From: Candidatus Poribacteria bacterium
GTDB lineage: Bacteria > Poribacteria > WGA-4E > WGA-3G
Assembly (NCBI GenBank): GCA_965198235.1
Contig: OZ240248.1
Location: 3,200,001 to 3,264,000 of the forward strand
DNA length: 64,000 nt
Reading direction: 5' to 3'
A program made the position numbers and the translations under genes. Shown here piece by piece: positions 20,051-29,928 of the stretch (the first letter of the stretch is position 1; each line of letters starts with the position of its first letter). The notes beneath the pieces are model-generated. The model was given only the letters and a program-made list of their open reading frames with translations. It searched no databases and was not told the origin of the DNA.

Positions 20051-20402
20051 TAACCCTTCCAGCCTTTATCTCTTCGAGTGCTTCCTCGCGTAGATAATCC
20101 AGTTTTCCGGCTTTTATATCTTCTTCGAGTTGTTTATCCCAAGCTTCCTCGCGAGCCTCTAAAGCTTCACGGAGTTGTGCTGTGAGACGTTTCAACAGTT
20201 CTGTTTTTGTCTTTCCTTCACACTCAACTTCTGGAACATCTGGAATCCATCCGCGCCATCCAGCAGACTTTTTTGCTACATGGGCAGTGTAGGTTTCCTC
20301 AAAGACGGGATCTATTATTTCAACAGACTGAAGCCGTGTGTGTTCAACGGTTTGTTCGGACACATCATCGGCGGCAATCCGCTCATTTGTGATACGTGTC
20401 AT
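20040..20402 (-). CDS. Antitoxin: HicB-like domain fused to a 'WDKQLEEDIKAGKLD' C-terminal domain
   Basis: YTAHV...GWRGWIPDVPEVECEGKTKTELL (HicB N-domain pattern) plus acidic C-terminal helix; directly upstream of the toxin. Confidence 0.7.
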   Translation of the reverse strand: MTRITNERIAADDVSEQTVEHTRLQSVEIIDPVFEETYTAHVAKKSAGWRGWIPDVPEVECEGKTKTELLKRLTAQLREALEAREEAWDKQLEEDIKAGKLDYLREEALEEIKAGRVIDL

Positions 20403-20547
20403 ATATGTTCACCCCCAACATAGAGCAATCTTTACTTGCTATAAACATGGGATCACTTGCAACTGGCTCGCTACCGTCCAGCGGTAGGAACAGGACTCGA
20501 CCCTTGTGCGCGCCGAGGTAAAGCCGCTACCCCGCAAATCGTATATA

Positions 20548-20576
20548 ATAATACCACTTGTTGTCAGCAAAGTCAA
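20548..20576 (-). promoter_or_regulatory. Sigma70 promoter for the TA operon
   Basis: TTGACT-17bp-TATTAT on the minus strand. Confidence 0.6.
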
Positions 20577-20701
20577 ACTTTTTCTTTACTAATGTATCTA
20601 ATTTGATGTTATGTAAAGCAGAACGAATATCGTGCGGAAACTAAGGGTATTTTGTATGTGTCCGCACGATATTCAAACGTTTGTAGAGTAAATAACGGCT
20701 C

Positions 20702-23700
20702 TCAACGTTTAGGACGACGCAGCACAACGCCTCCTTGCCCAACAACCCACAATGTATCTCCATCTTTGCCACGCGTGATTGTATACAGATCGTTTTCAGT
20801 GCTGGTATGCTCTTGTTCCCATGTTTCGCCCCCATTTGTCGAATGAATGATGGTTCCAGAGGCACCCACTGCGTAGAGTTCCTGTTCAGAGAGAGCCAAA
20901 ATATCGTAAAGCGTTTCTGGCACCTTGTTCAATTTCGACTTCCAAGTGAATCCGCCATCGGAGGTGGATAGGATAATTCCTGCACGTCCGACAGCCCATC
21001 CTCTTCGTTTCGTAATGAACGATACTCCGTATAGGTCGTAGCCAGCGTATGTTTCATGGAACTTCCAGTATTCACCACCATTGACGGTTCTCTGGATGAC
21101 CCCGTTGGTCCCAACCGCCCAACCGAGGGGTGCAAATTTCATGTCAATGCTCGTGAGGGTTTTACCGGTTGAGGTGCGCTGTAGCTTCCAAATCGGACCG
21201 CCATCCAGATTGTGGATAATTTCTCCATTCTCACCGACCGCCCATCCTTCAGAAAACTTGCCAAAGGCAACCTCATTTATGGAGAGTGGAGGTAGTTGAT
21301 GCTGGGGAAGCAGAGGTAGTTCGCGCTGTGGAAGTTCTTGGTTGTCGTCTGTTGACCAGTCATCCCCATCGGTAGTGTAAAGCAAGGTTCCATCCCTTTC
21401 CATCGCCCACCCCCATTTCGGATCAAGACTGATAAAGTGAACATCGACGATACGATCCGTAGTACCGCTCTCCAAACGCTTCCAATTTTCTCCGCCATCT
21501 TCTGTTGACAGCAAGACCCCGTTATCCCCGGCAATCCAACCGTTTTGCTCATCAAGGAATTGCACATCACGGAAGTTATCAAGGGGTTCACCGAGTTGAT
21601 GCTGCCAGGTCTTTCCGCCATCTGTGGTGGCGTAAATCTGACCGGTAGATGCACCTGATTCGTTGGAACCACCAATATCAGCTCCGGTCAGTTCTCTATC
21701 GTGAATTTGTTCTCCGGCGACTAACCAACCGTGACCATTAGGTAGGAAATGCGCGTTGGTAATTCGGATTAAGAATCCAAAAGAACGATCTGCTGCCATT
21801 CTTTCTATCCAACTTTCCGATTCACCGTTTGCAGTTTCCCTCTCAGGCAAGGAATAGGAATACGTTACTTCCCAATTCTTACCTTGGTTTTGGGTTGTAA
21901 GAATTGTATGTCCGCCATCAATTGCCCAAGCCTCAGTGTGATTGTGGAATTTCACGGTAAGCAGATGGATATCCAAATTCGTTCCTTTGATATCTCGTTC
22001 TGCTTCCAAATCCCGTTTCCAACTTTCTCCGCCATCTGTGGTAAGGAGTGAGGTTCCGTTTTCCAGGACCGCCCATCCGGATGTGGCATTCAGAAAGTGG
22101 ACCCCGATGCAACGGTGATGGGTTTTGGCTTGGATTTGCCAGTAATCACCACCATCAACCGTGTGCAGAATAAATCCACCGGTCCGCCGTTGTGGTGCAA
22201 CTGCCCATCCCTCTTTACTATTGATAAAATGTAAGTGCGTAATTGGGTGCTGAGTTGTTCCTGTTTGCTGAAGCGTCCAGGTTTTGCCACCATCGCTTGT
22301 ACGCAGGATTTGTCCTCTATCAGCACCGAGCCATCCTTCTTTCGGGTTGATGAAGTGTAACGCACGGATATTGTGGAAGTTTTTCAACCCGTTACGGATA
22401 ATTTGCCAAGTTTTACCGCCGTTTTCGGTTCGCAGTAGCACGCCTTCACCGCTAATCCAACCGTATTTTTCATCAATGAAAACAATCCGTTGCAATGTTT
22501 CTGATACACCACTCTGTTGCGGCTGCCACGCTTTGCCACCATCTGTGGTCCGTAAAATGGTGCCGCCGCTACCCACTGTCCATCCGTGCTGTGCAGACAG
22601 AAAATAGGTGTCGGTAAATTCGGCTTGCCAGTTCCCCTGACGGACGATTTCCCAGTAGTATTCAATTGCTTCAATCGGTTTCTCATCCGTTTCCATTTCT
22701 TGCGCAACAGGTGGCAATTCGACAATAAATTTCTCCGTGTCCACAGAGTAGCGCATCGCAATGCCGCCCTCACCGACAGCGAGGATACCATCAGGAGAAA
22801 GCGAAAAGCTATAGAGATCATTGGACGTGCCACTGTTCTGTAACTCCCATGTAATGCCGCCGTTGATAGTCGTCAAAATGACACCTTCGTCCCCTACAAT
22901 TAACCCGTGATTTGCATCGGCAAAGTAGACTTTGTTCAGATTCGCCTGCGTCCCACTTCGTTGGAATTTCCACGTTTTTCCGCCATCGAGGGTATGTAAA
23001 ATCTCGCCGAATTGTCCGACCACCCAACCGGTGTGCCTGTCGATGAAGTAAGCGGCGTAGAGTTCGTTGTAACTGTTGCTGTTCTGTCGTTTCCACGTCA
23101 GTCCACCATCTTCGGTGTGGAAAACAATACCGGGCCAACCGACGACCCAACCCTCCGTTTCATTGAGGAAAAAGATCCCTTTAATCATTTCGTGAAAGTA
23201 TCGTGGTGCTTGTTGTATCCACGTTTCGCCACCGTCTGTTGTATGAAGCACTGTCCCCAAATCGCCAACGATCCAGCCTTTCTGCGGATTGATGAAATGG
23301 AGGGCATTGAGAGTATACCACCATCCGCTGGTTTGCCGCTCCCACGTCTGACCGGCATCGGTTGTGTGAAGGATAAACCCGCCGTCGCCAACCGCCCAGC
23401 CTTCCCTGTCAGTGACGAAAGATAGATTACGGATACGGTGCCAAGTGTCCGTCTCAATGTTGGTCCAGGTTTTACCACTGTCGTCACTTGTCGCAATTGT
23501 GCCCTTCTCTCCAACGGCAACCGCACGGTTTGCATCCGCAAATGCGACACTCTGCAGTGCATCGGCTGTCGTGCCGCTTCTCATGTTCCATGTTACCCCT
23601 CCGTCTGTCGAATGTAGGAGGGTGCCGTTCCAACCGACTGCCCATGCCTCTTTAGGAGTCGCAAAATGAACACCCATCAAGTCATTCTTGGTCTGGTTTT

Positions 23701-24577
23701 CTGTTAATTTCCAGTTGTCCCCACCATCTTCGGTTCGGATGATAAACCCGCCCTGCGCGACCGCCACGCCGTAGTCATCGTTAATGAAATGGAAGTCATT
23801 GACGGTTGGACGGACATGTCCATAAATCATTGGAAGTCGACTGTACTGTGAACGCCATTCTACCCCACCGTTGGTAGTATGAAAAATGGTCCCATCTGTA
23901 CCACCGCTCCACCCCTCATAAGGAGTCGCAAAAAATACAGTGTGGAGGTTGCAAACCTCCGATGTATCATGTTCCATTCTCACAAGCTCATTCTGTCTAT
24001 GCCAAGTTTGGCTGCCGTCTCTGGTGACAAAGATCCTGTCGTAATCTCCGACTATCCATCCGCGCTGCTTTTCTGTAAACCAGATACCGCCGAGTCCGAA
24101 TTCGCTCGCTTCCTGATGGTTCCACGTTTTTCCACCGTTTTTCGTATATAACAGCCCATCCTGTCCGGTGATCCAGCCGGTCTTTGAATTGGTGAAAAAG
24201 ACATCCATAAGCAGTCCGTAAGATTGAGTCTTTTGAAGAGTCCAATGTCGTCCACCGTCGTCAGTCGTGGCAATTAACCCTTTGTCCCCAACCGCCCAAC
24301 CGTTACGGAGATTTGTGAAATAAACCGCTTTGAAATCCTCATTCGTATTCACCGTCTGTTTTTCCCAATTCTCGCCTCCGTCAGCGGTATGGAGAATCCA
24401 CCCTTGATGTCCGACAATCCATCCGTATTTAGCATCCGCGAAGTAGATGTCCGTAAAATGGGTTTGCCAGTCGGCTATGCGCGTAACCTCCTTTTTTACA
24501 CAACCAGTCAACAGGAAAGGAGTTCCAAAAAGAGTTACTATCCAAAAGCAAGTGATGTGTTGAAGAATCTTTTTCAT
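20702..24577 (-). CDS. Large YCF48/BNR (Asp-box) repeat lipoprotein, multiple beta-propellers
   Basis: Lipobox LTGC after MKKILQH; more than 20 repeats of F.....GW.VG..G.ILHT.DGG.TW. Confidence 0.88.
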   Translation of the reverse strand: MKKILQHITCFWIVTLFGTPFLLTGCVKKEVTRIADWQTHFTDIYFADAKYGWIVGHQGWILHTADGGENWEKQTVNTNEDFKAVYFTNLRNGWAVGDKGLIATTDDGGRHWTLQKTQSYGLLMDVFFTNSKTGWITGQDGLLYTKNGGKTWNHQEASEFGLGGIWFTEKQRGWIVGDYDRIFVTRDGSQTWHRQNELVRMEHDTSEVCNLHTVFFATPYEGWSGGTDGTIFHTTNGGVEWRSQYSRLPMIYGHVRPTVNDFHFINDDYGVAVAQGGFIIRTEDGGDNWKLTENQTKNDLMGVHFATPKEAWAVGWNGTLLHSTDGGVTWNMRSGTTADALQSVAFADANRAVAVGEKGTIATSDDSGKTWTNIETDTWHRIRNLSFVTDREGWAVGDGGFILHTTDAGQTWERQTSGWWYTLNALHFINPQKGWIVGDLGTVLHTTDGGETWIQQAPRYFHEMIKGIFFLNETEGWVVGWPGIVFHTEDGGLTWKRQNSNSYNELYAAYFIDRHTGWVVGQFGEILHTLDGGKTWKFQRSGTQANLNKVYFADANHGLIVGDEGVILTTINGGITWELQNSGTSNDLYSFSLSPDGILAVGEGGIAMRYSVDTEKFIVELPPVAQEMETDEKPIEAIEYYWEIVRQGNWQAEFTDTYFLSAQHGWTVGSGGTILRTTDGGKAWQPQQSGVSETLQRIVFIDEKYGWISGEGVLLRTENGGKTWQIIRNGLKNFHNIRALHFINPKEGWLGADRGQILRTSDGGKTWTLQQTGTTQHPITHLHFINSKEGWAVAPQRRTGGFILHTVDGGDYWQIQAKTHHRCIGVHFLNATSGWAVLENGTSLLTTDGGESWKRDLEAERDIKGTNLDIHLLTVKFHNHTEAWAIDGGHTILTTQNQGKNWEVTYSYSLPERETANGESESWIERMAADRSFGFLIRITNAHFLPNGHGWLVAGEQIHDRELTGADIGGSNESGASTGQIYATTDGGKTWQHQLGEPLDNFRDVQFLDEQNGWIAGDNGVLLSTEDGGENWKRLESGTTDRIVDVHFISLDPKWGWAMERDGTLLYTTDGDDWSTDDNQELPQRELPLLPQHQLPPLSINEVAFGKFSEGWAVGENGEIIHNLDGGPIWKLQRTSTGKTLTSIDMKFAPLGWAVGTNGVIQRTVNGGEYWKFHETYAGYDLYGVSFITKRRGWAVGRAGIILSTSDGGFTWKSKLNKVPETLYDILALSEQELYAVGASGTIIHSTNGGETWEQEHTSTENDLYTITRGKDGDTLWVVGQGGVVLRRPKR

Positions 24578-24641
24578 TTGTTCTACCTCTTTTGTTGATG
24601 TCTCTGTGTTAAGAAGTACTGAAGAATTTTCGTATTTTCGA

Positions 24642-25880
24642 TTAATTGCCTGAGTTTTGAGATGGGAGATAAACCCCGACTGCGGCACCGGCATCCGTAG
24701 CGAACCAGAGTTTACCACTGCTGTCCTCAAATACCGACCAGACACGGTTGCTCGGCAGACCGTCGTCTTTGTTGAAGTTTTGGAACGTCTCACCGTTATA
24801 TACACTTACGCCGGATTCAGCTTCAGGAAAAATCATGCTGATATTGTCCTCAGTTTCATGCCTCTTCGGAGGTAGTTTCTTAACACCTGTAAACCAGAGG
24901 TTGCCGCTGCTGTCCTGCATGATGTTGTTAACGCTATTCATTGGAAGTTCATCACTTTGTGGAAAAGTCGTCAGTTTTTTGCCGTTGTATTGACGAATGC
25001 CAGAGTTCTCCTCGTCCATCCCATCTTGACTCATCCAGAGATTTTCCTTCGCATCGAACTGCAGATCTATTATGTGAGCGGTTCCTGATTTCCCCATCTC
25101 TTGGAAAGGGGTGAAATCCGAATCAACACCGAAATAACGGAAACCGGACGTTTGGACATTGTAGTAGGTAATGCCAGCTGTGCTTCCAAACCAAAAATTT
25201 CCTGCTGTATCCTGTGCAATTGCTGTGACTTCATCCCACCAATCGGGTAATACTTCCATCCCCATGGGTCCGTTCATAATAATATTGCTGAACTTTTCGC
25301 CGTCGTAACGACTCACACCCGACGATGTTGCGAACCAAAGTGTGCCTGCCTTGTCCTCAACTATATCTTTAACGGTATCATAAGCGAGGCCGTCGGCTGT
25401 CGTGAAAATTCTGAACGCATGTCCGTCGTAGCGACTCACGCCTTTTAACGGGATGGGCTTTATTGTTCTTGCCGGTGTTTCATTGTGTGGCGTGATATCG
25501 AGTTCACTCAATGGCGTTTCCATCCATGACATGTCCATAGCCTTTTCTCTTTCCAAGACGCTTGAAAGCACGCCGTCACCGAACCAGAGCATTCCTCGCT
25601 GGTCTTCAAAGATAAGCCCTATCGTGTTCTGTACTAATCCGTCTTCTGTTGTAAAGGTTTGGAAATTCTCTCCATCATAACGGGTGAGTCCATTGGTCGT
25701 TCCAAACCACAGAGTGCCGTGGCTGTCTTCAAAAATGGTAAGCACTGTATTTGATGCCAAACCGTCTGCTTCGGTCAAGGTTTTTTCGATTTTGAGTTTT
25801 GCTGCGTGGATAACGGATATTGTCCAGTTTGACAGCAGGAATGCAATTAGTATTATGAGACACGATCGTTGACTTTTCAC
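24642..25880 (-). CDS. Secreted Reg_prop (two-component regulator propeller) repeat protein
   Basis: Signal peptide; DGLASNTVLTIFEDSHGTLWFGT..GL.RYDG repeats; no kinase domain. Confidence 0.85.
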   Translation of the reverse strand: MKSQRSCLIILIAFLLSNWTISVIHAAKLKIEKTLTEADGLASNTVLTIFEDSHGTLWFGTTNGLTRYDGENFQTFTTEDGLVQNTIGLIFEDQRGMLWFGDGVLSSVLEREKAMDMSWMETPLSELDITPHNETPARTIKPIPLKGVSRYDGHAFRIFTTADGLAYDTVKDIVEDKAGTLWFATSSGVSRYDGEKFSNIIMNGPMGMEVLPDWWDEVTAIAQDTAGNFWFGSTAGITYYNVQTSGFRYFGVDSDFTPFQEMGKSGTAHIIDLQFDAKENLWMSQDGMDEENSGIRQYNGKKLTTFPQSDELPMNSVNNIMQDSSGNLWFTGVKKLPPKRHETEDNISMIFPEAESGVSVYNGETFQNFNKDDGLPSNRVWSVFEDSSGKLWFATDAGAAVGVYLPSQNSGN

Positions 25881-25924
25881 TGAGGCGACTCCTTTCGTTA
25901 AAACTACGGTTGAAATGTTAGATT

Positions 25925-26039
25925 TATAGTGAAGCCTATAATTACTTGGACATTCTGAATAAGCGAGGTTACAAACCCCGCCAGCGCAGGAGGGGTTGTT
26001 ATTCCCAGAAGTATCAACTTATTTTTGGGTTTTACTATA
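25925..26039. mobile_element. MITE family B copy
   Basis: TATAGTGAAGCCTATAAT ... ATTTTTGGGTTTTACTATA; internal GCGAGGTTACAAACCCCGC hairpin. Confidence 0.7.
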
Positions 26040-26296
26040 AGTATATGCAATTTATGTGCCAATCCGAAAAGGAGAATATCTGGAAAACACTGCACCAAAT
26101 GGGGCAGATAAAATAAATAGATGCACAAATTTGGGCAGGGAGCGAGGTTAGGAAACCTCGTCACCGAGGAGCGGACGCGTATACGTTATTCTGTCTACGT
26201 GATTTTTCCATTGTAATATCTATCATATCAATATATATGACGCGGGTTAGGGGCGAAACGGTTGCCTAATTCTCGAAAAATTGGGGAAGTTGTAAT

Positions 26297-26324
26297 AAAG
26301 GGATAGATTAAATCTATCCCTTTT
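26297..26324. terminator. Perfect hairpin, probable terminator
   Basis: AAAGGGATAGATT-A-AATCTATCCCTTT downstream of the SDR gene. Confidence 0.55.
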
Positions 26325-26399
26325 GGTGTCCTGAAAGGAAAGTATAGGAAGGGATATGCTTGAAAGACTAAACCTCGCCGGCGAATTGCCAGATGCCGT

Positions 26400-27164
26400 T
26401 TAAAGCGAGAGGATTCCACCCTCAACGAGCATCGGGGCACCCGTCATGTATCTGGATTCATCGGAGGCTAAATAGACTGCCGCCCAAGCGATGTCTTCGG
26501 GTTCGCCGATGCCTAACGGATGCATCTCTTTGATTTCTTTGTTGATCGCTTCTGGATCGGGTTGCTTCGATAGGAATTCTTGGTAGAGTTCGGTGTTAAT
26601 TGTACCCGGACAGAGGCTGTTGACCCGGATGTTGTCTTCAGCATACCGAACCGCCATGCTTCGTGTGAGATGTACCACAGCGGCTTTGGAAGAGGTATAG
26701 GCGGGGTGCATCGGGAATCCAACATAGGCGGATTCACTCGCCATATTGATGATCGAACCGCCACCAGATTCGCGCATCAGTGGTATTATCGCCCGAGAAA
26801 CGAGATAGATGCTCTTCACATTGACAGCGTATTGGTGATCCCAGTCTGCTTCGGAGATTTCTTCTAATTCGCCTACGACGGCAATACCGGCGTTGTTAAA
26901 CAACACATTTGGGGTACCAAGTTCAGATGTGACTTGGGCAACGGCACTCTCGATCTGTGCAGTGTCGGTTACGTCGCACTCGCAAAAAAGGGCGGTCCCA
27001 CCGGAGGATCGAATCTGCTGCGCGGTTTCTTCACCGCGTTCTGCGTTCAAGTCCCAGATAGCCACAGCTGCGCCTTCACCTGCAAAGAGTTCAGCACTTT
27101 TCGCTCCGATTCCGCGAGCTGCCCCGGTAATAACGGCGATCTTATCTTTAAGTCGGTTTGCCAT
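26400..27164 (-). CDS. Short-chain dehydrogenase/reductase (SDR)
   Basis: TGAARGIG, NNAG, YTSSK, IRVNSLCPG. Confidence 0.93.
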   Translation of the reverse strand: MANRLKDKIAVITGAARGIGAKSAELFAGEGAAVAIWDLNAERGEETAQQIRSSGGTALFCECDVTDTAQIESAVAQVTSELGTPNVLFNNAGIAVVGELEEISEADWDHQYAVNVKSIYLVSRAIIPLMRESGGGSIINMASESAYVGFPMHPAYTSSKAAVVHLTRSMAVRYAEDNIRVNSLCPGTINTELYQEFLSKQPDPEAINKEIKEMHPLGIGEPEDIAWAAVYLASDESRYMTGAPMLVEGGILSL

Positions 27165-27174
27165 GCGTATTCCT

Positions 27175-28005
27175 TTAGAGTCCGTGCAGGAGAGATACCC
27201 ATCGCTCCCATGCGGCTTTGGTGGCAGCTTTCTGTGCTTCGTTGGCATCTTCTGCCATACCGCGTCTCAGGAAGGCGTGACCGACACCTTCATAGATGAC
27301 GGGTTCGTAGGTGACGTTTACGGCATCAGCGGCTGCTTTTGTGGCATCAATCGTGGCATTGATACGGTTGTCGCTCTCGCCATAAAAGCCGTACACGGGT
27401 GCTGATATTTTGGGGACATCTTCCGTTGAAGGTGCACGACCGTAAAACACGAAGCCAGCGGCTATTGTGTCGGAATTGACGGCGTAACTAAACGTTTGAC
27501 CGCCTCCCCAACAGAATCCGGAGACTCCAACTTTTTCGTTGGTTGAAGGTAGATCGCGGACATATTTCTGGACGGCATCCAGATCCGATGTGACTTGGGA
27601 GGGTGAGAGTTCACGGATAGTCCGTCGGACATCATCACCGGCGTCGAAACTTTCTGTGCCGCCACCGTCAGGACCCATACCAGAAAGCAGATCCGGACAA
27701 ATTGCGACAAACCCTTCAGCGGCGAGCGTGTCTGCCACGAGCCGAATCCAATCGGTGAGTCCGAAAATCTCGTGGATAACGATGATAGCCGTTGCGGGTT
27801 CTTTCACTTCTGGATAAACAACAAAGGCATTGACGGTACGGGCATCAGAGGTTGTTACTTTCACCCATTCGCCGTGGCGTGGTGATGCTTCGAGTTGAGA
27901 TTTTATACTATCAGCCTCTGCGTCGGCAATGGACAATAAACCGGTAACAATAATACCCAGCATGAGGGCATGGCATATCTGCATAGTTTTCTCCTTATTT
28001 TTCAT
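27175..28005 (-). CDS. Dienelactone hydrolase family, exported
   Basis: HEIFGL, GFCWGG nucleophile, GVGHAF; signal peptide. Confidence 0.9.
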   Translation of the reverse strand: MKNKEKTMQICHALMLGIIVTGLLSIADAEADSIKSQLEASPRHGEWVKVTTSDARTVNAFVVYPEVKEPATAIIVIHEIFGLTDWIRLVADTLAAEGFVAICPDLLSGMGPDGGGTESFDAGDDVRRTIRELSPSQVTSDLDAVQKYVRDLPSTNEKVGVSGFCWGGGQTFSYAVNSDTIAAGFVFYGRAPSTEDVPKISAPVYGFYGESDNRINATIDATKAAADAVNVTYEPVIYEGVGHAFLRRGMAEDANEAQKAATKAAWERWVSLLHGL

Positions 28006-29095
28006 TTGCTTTGTGAATAATGGATTCTACTACTTTCTGCATTTCGGTGGCAGGCATTGCGCCGAACAGGAAAAAGTGAATATCCGAACTGGACCAGCTG
28101 AAGGCATGGGTCGGTCCGCGCTGGTATTTATGAACGCGGGTGCCGTCAAGTTCAATTACATCTGATTCTCTATGTCTTTCACTGCCACGACGCGCTCGCT
28201 TGTCTGTTGTTTCAAATATAGAAAAACCCAACAGACCGTCTGTATAAATTAGGTGAATTGTATTCTTTTGGTCCTTTATGCTGTGAACATCCTCCAGCTG
28301 AAACCCCGGGGGCAGGTACTCAGGCTGGATGGGTTCGATTTCAAGTATCTTTTCTCCTTCGGCGATCGAAATTGAATGGCTGCGTGGGGGTCGCGGTTTA
28401 ATGTCTTTTTCAAAGACCTTCCATTTGCGCTCCACGGTTTCGGGATCGAAACTAATTCGGTTGTAGACAAACATCTCCCGAAGCACACCTTCAGCGTCCA
28501 GGTCCTCTACTCGCAAGATAACACCGTTTCCGCGGGCAAAAAAGATTCGCTTTGTGGGCCTACCGGCGAATTTGGGTGTGATCGTTAGGATGTTAGTTTC
28601 ATAATTCGCTGTTTTTTCTGTGGATACCGATTCTTCCAAGTTATAATTTTCGGCAATCAACTCGATCTCTTTCTTTGAAAATTGACTCCTAACTTGTCGC
28701 CATTCGTTCCGGTCCCGATTTCTTTCCCGACGGTCTCTGCGATTCTCGTTGTTGTCTCTTTGCCTGTTATCGTTGCGGCGTTCGTTTCTGTCTCGTGAAT
28801 CTTCGGACGATTGTCGTTCGCCGACTACGGATACCACCTTCCGGTACGAAGCATCTACAGATTTGTGAATGACCACTTCTTCAAAAGTACGTGTGCCTCT
28901 TGACGAGCTAAACGTCTTCAAGCGTAATCCTACGTAACTGACTTTGTGTTCGGCTTCTGCAATGCGTTCAAGCGTACTGATGTCAGCAAAAAGTATTTGA
29001 GGCATCCAGAGCAAGGAGGCTAAAACTGAAATGCAAAGGCGGTGATGTTTAGATTGCAAACCTTTATGAAGGATTAAATATGTGGGCATTCGCAT
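27995..29095 (-). CDS. MucB/RseB-like periplasmic regulator of ECF sigma
   Basis: Signal-like N-terminus; P.YLPPGF, LIYTDGL..FSIFE; third gene after sigma and anti-sigma; start uncertain (29125 alternative). Confidence 0.7.
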   Translation of the reverse strand: MRMPTYLILHKGLQSKHHRLCISVLASLLWMPQILFADISTLERIAEAEHKVSYVGLRLKTFSSSRGTRTFEEVVIHKSVDASYRKVVSVVGERQSSEDSRDRNERRNDNRQRDNNENRRDRRERNRDRNEWRQVRSQFSKKEIELIAENYNLEESVSTEKTANYETNILTITPKFAGRPTKRIFFARGNGVILRVEDLDAEGVLREMFVYNRISFDPETVERKWKVFEKDIKPRPPRSHSISIAEGEKILEIEPIQPEYLPPGFQLEDVHSIKDQKNTIHLIYTDGLLGFSIFETTDKRARRGSERHRESDVIELDGTRVHKYQRGPTHAFSWSSSDIHFFLFGAMPATEMQKVVESIIHKANEK

Positions 29096-29126
29096 AGATT
29101 CACCTGTCTGGTTCCTATTGGACAAT

Positions 29127-29897
29127 TTAATTCCCTACATCTTCCAGATAGAGGTCGAGAATTTGTTCGATGTCGTCAGCCGCTTCTATAACGACAGATT
29201 CCTCTGGCTGTGTTGTACTGAGCGGTGTGCTGACGTTTGATTTCAATGGGTTGTCTTCGAGTTGTTCAGTATAAAGCCCGAAGTAAAAGTCGAGCGTTTC
29301 TTCATGTTGCGGAGCAGTTGGATAAAAATAGAGGGCACCCAAAATCAGTACGAGCGTCAGAATACCGGTCGCGCCTGCGGTAACGGGACGGAAAAACCAG
29401 CGTCCAAGATCAGGCATCCATCGCCCTATATCGGGTATCCATCCGGCACGAGTAGGTTCCTCTTCGCGTGCCTGTGCTGCTTGTTGGCGTATTTTCGCCA
29501 TCACTGCGTTTTCAATAGATGACGGTGCGGGATGCTCAAAACTTTTGATCTGCTCTCGGTTTTGGCGAAACGCTGCCAGCATATCGGAACACTCACCGCA
29601 GGCGTGGAGGTGTGCTTCAATTCGATCGCGCATCGCAGGAGCCAATTCGTTGTCGAAATAGGCAGATAATTCATCTTGAAACTGCGTGTGTATTTTTGCC
29701 ATCACTCCGTCTTTGAGCGTTGATGGCACTGGACGCGCGATGTTTGTGACTATCTGGCGGTTCGTTTGAAACGTTGCCAGCATATCAGAACACTCGTCGC
29801 AGGAACGCAGATGTGCTTCAATCTGCTTATGTCTGCTTGGGCTTAATTCGTTATCTAAGTAGGCTGATAATTCCTCTTGGATTCTTTGGTGGTTCAT
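29127..29897 (-). CDS. Anti-sigma factor with two tandem zf-HC2 (ZAS) domains and a TM helix
   Basis: LSAYLDNEL...HLRSCDEC and LSAYFDNEL...HLHACGEC; one TM segment. Confidence 0.88.
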   Translation of the reverse strand: MNHQRIQEELSAYLDNELSPSRHKQIEAHLRSCDECSDMLATFQTNRQIVTNIARPVPSTLKDGVMAKIHTQFQDELSAYFDNELAPAMRDRIEAHLHACGECSDMLAAFRQNREQIKSFEHPAPSSIENAVMAKIRQQAAQAREEEPTRAGWIPDIGRWMPDLGRWFFRPVTAGATGILTLVLILGALYFYPTAPQHEETLDFYFGLYTEQLEDNPLKSNVSTPLSTTQPEESVVIEAADDIEQILDLYLEDVGN

Positions 29898-29928
29898 GTC
29901 TTCAATCGAGGATAGTGGTAGAAGGTGT

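Noticed and set aside
20459-20536. Intact tRNA or HDV/hammerhead ribozyme
   Set aside because: No D or anticodon arms and no catalytic core motifs recognisable by eye; retained only as a structured leader
20702-24577. Photosystem II assembly function for the YCF48-like protein
   Set aside because: No photosynthesis genes in the window, and the repeat is a generic BNR propeller
24578-24805. N-terminal extension of the YCF48 ORF overlapping the upstream gene
   Set aside because: The lipoprotein signal begins at MKKILQH (24577); the extension is incidental open frame
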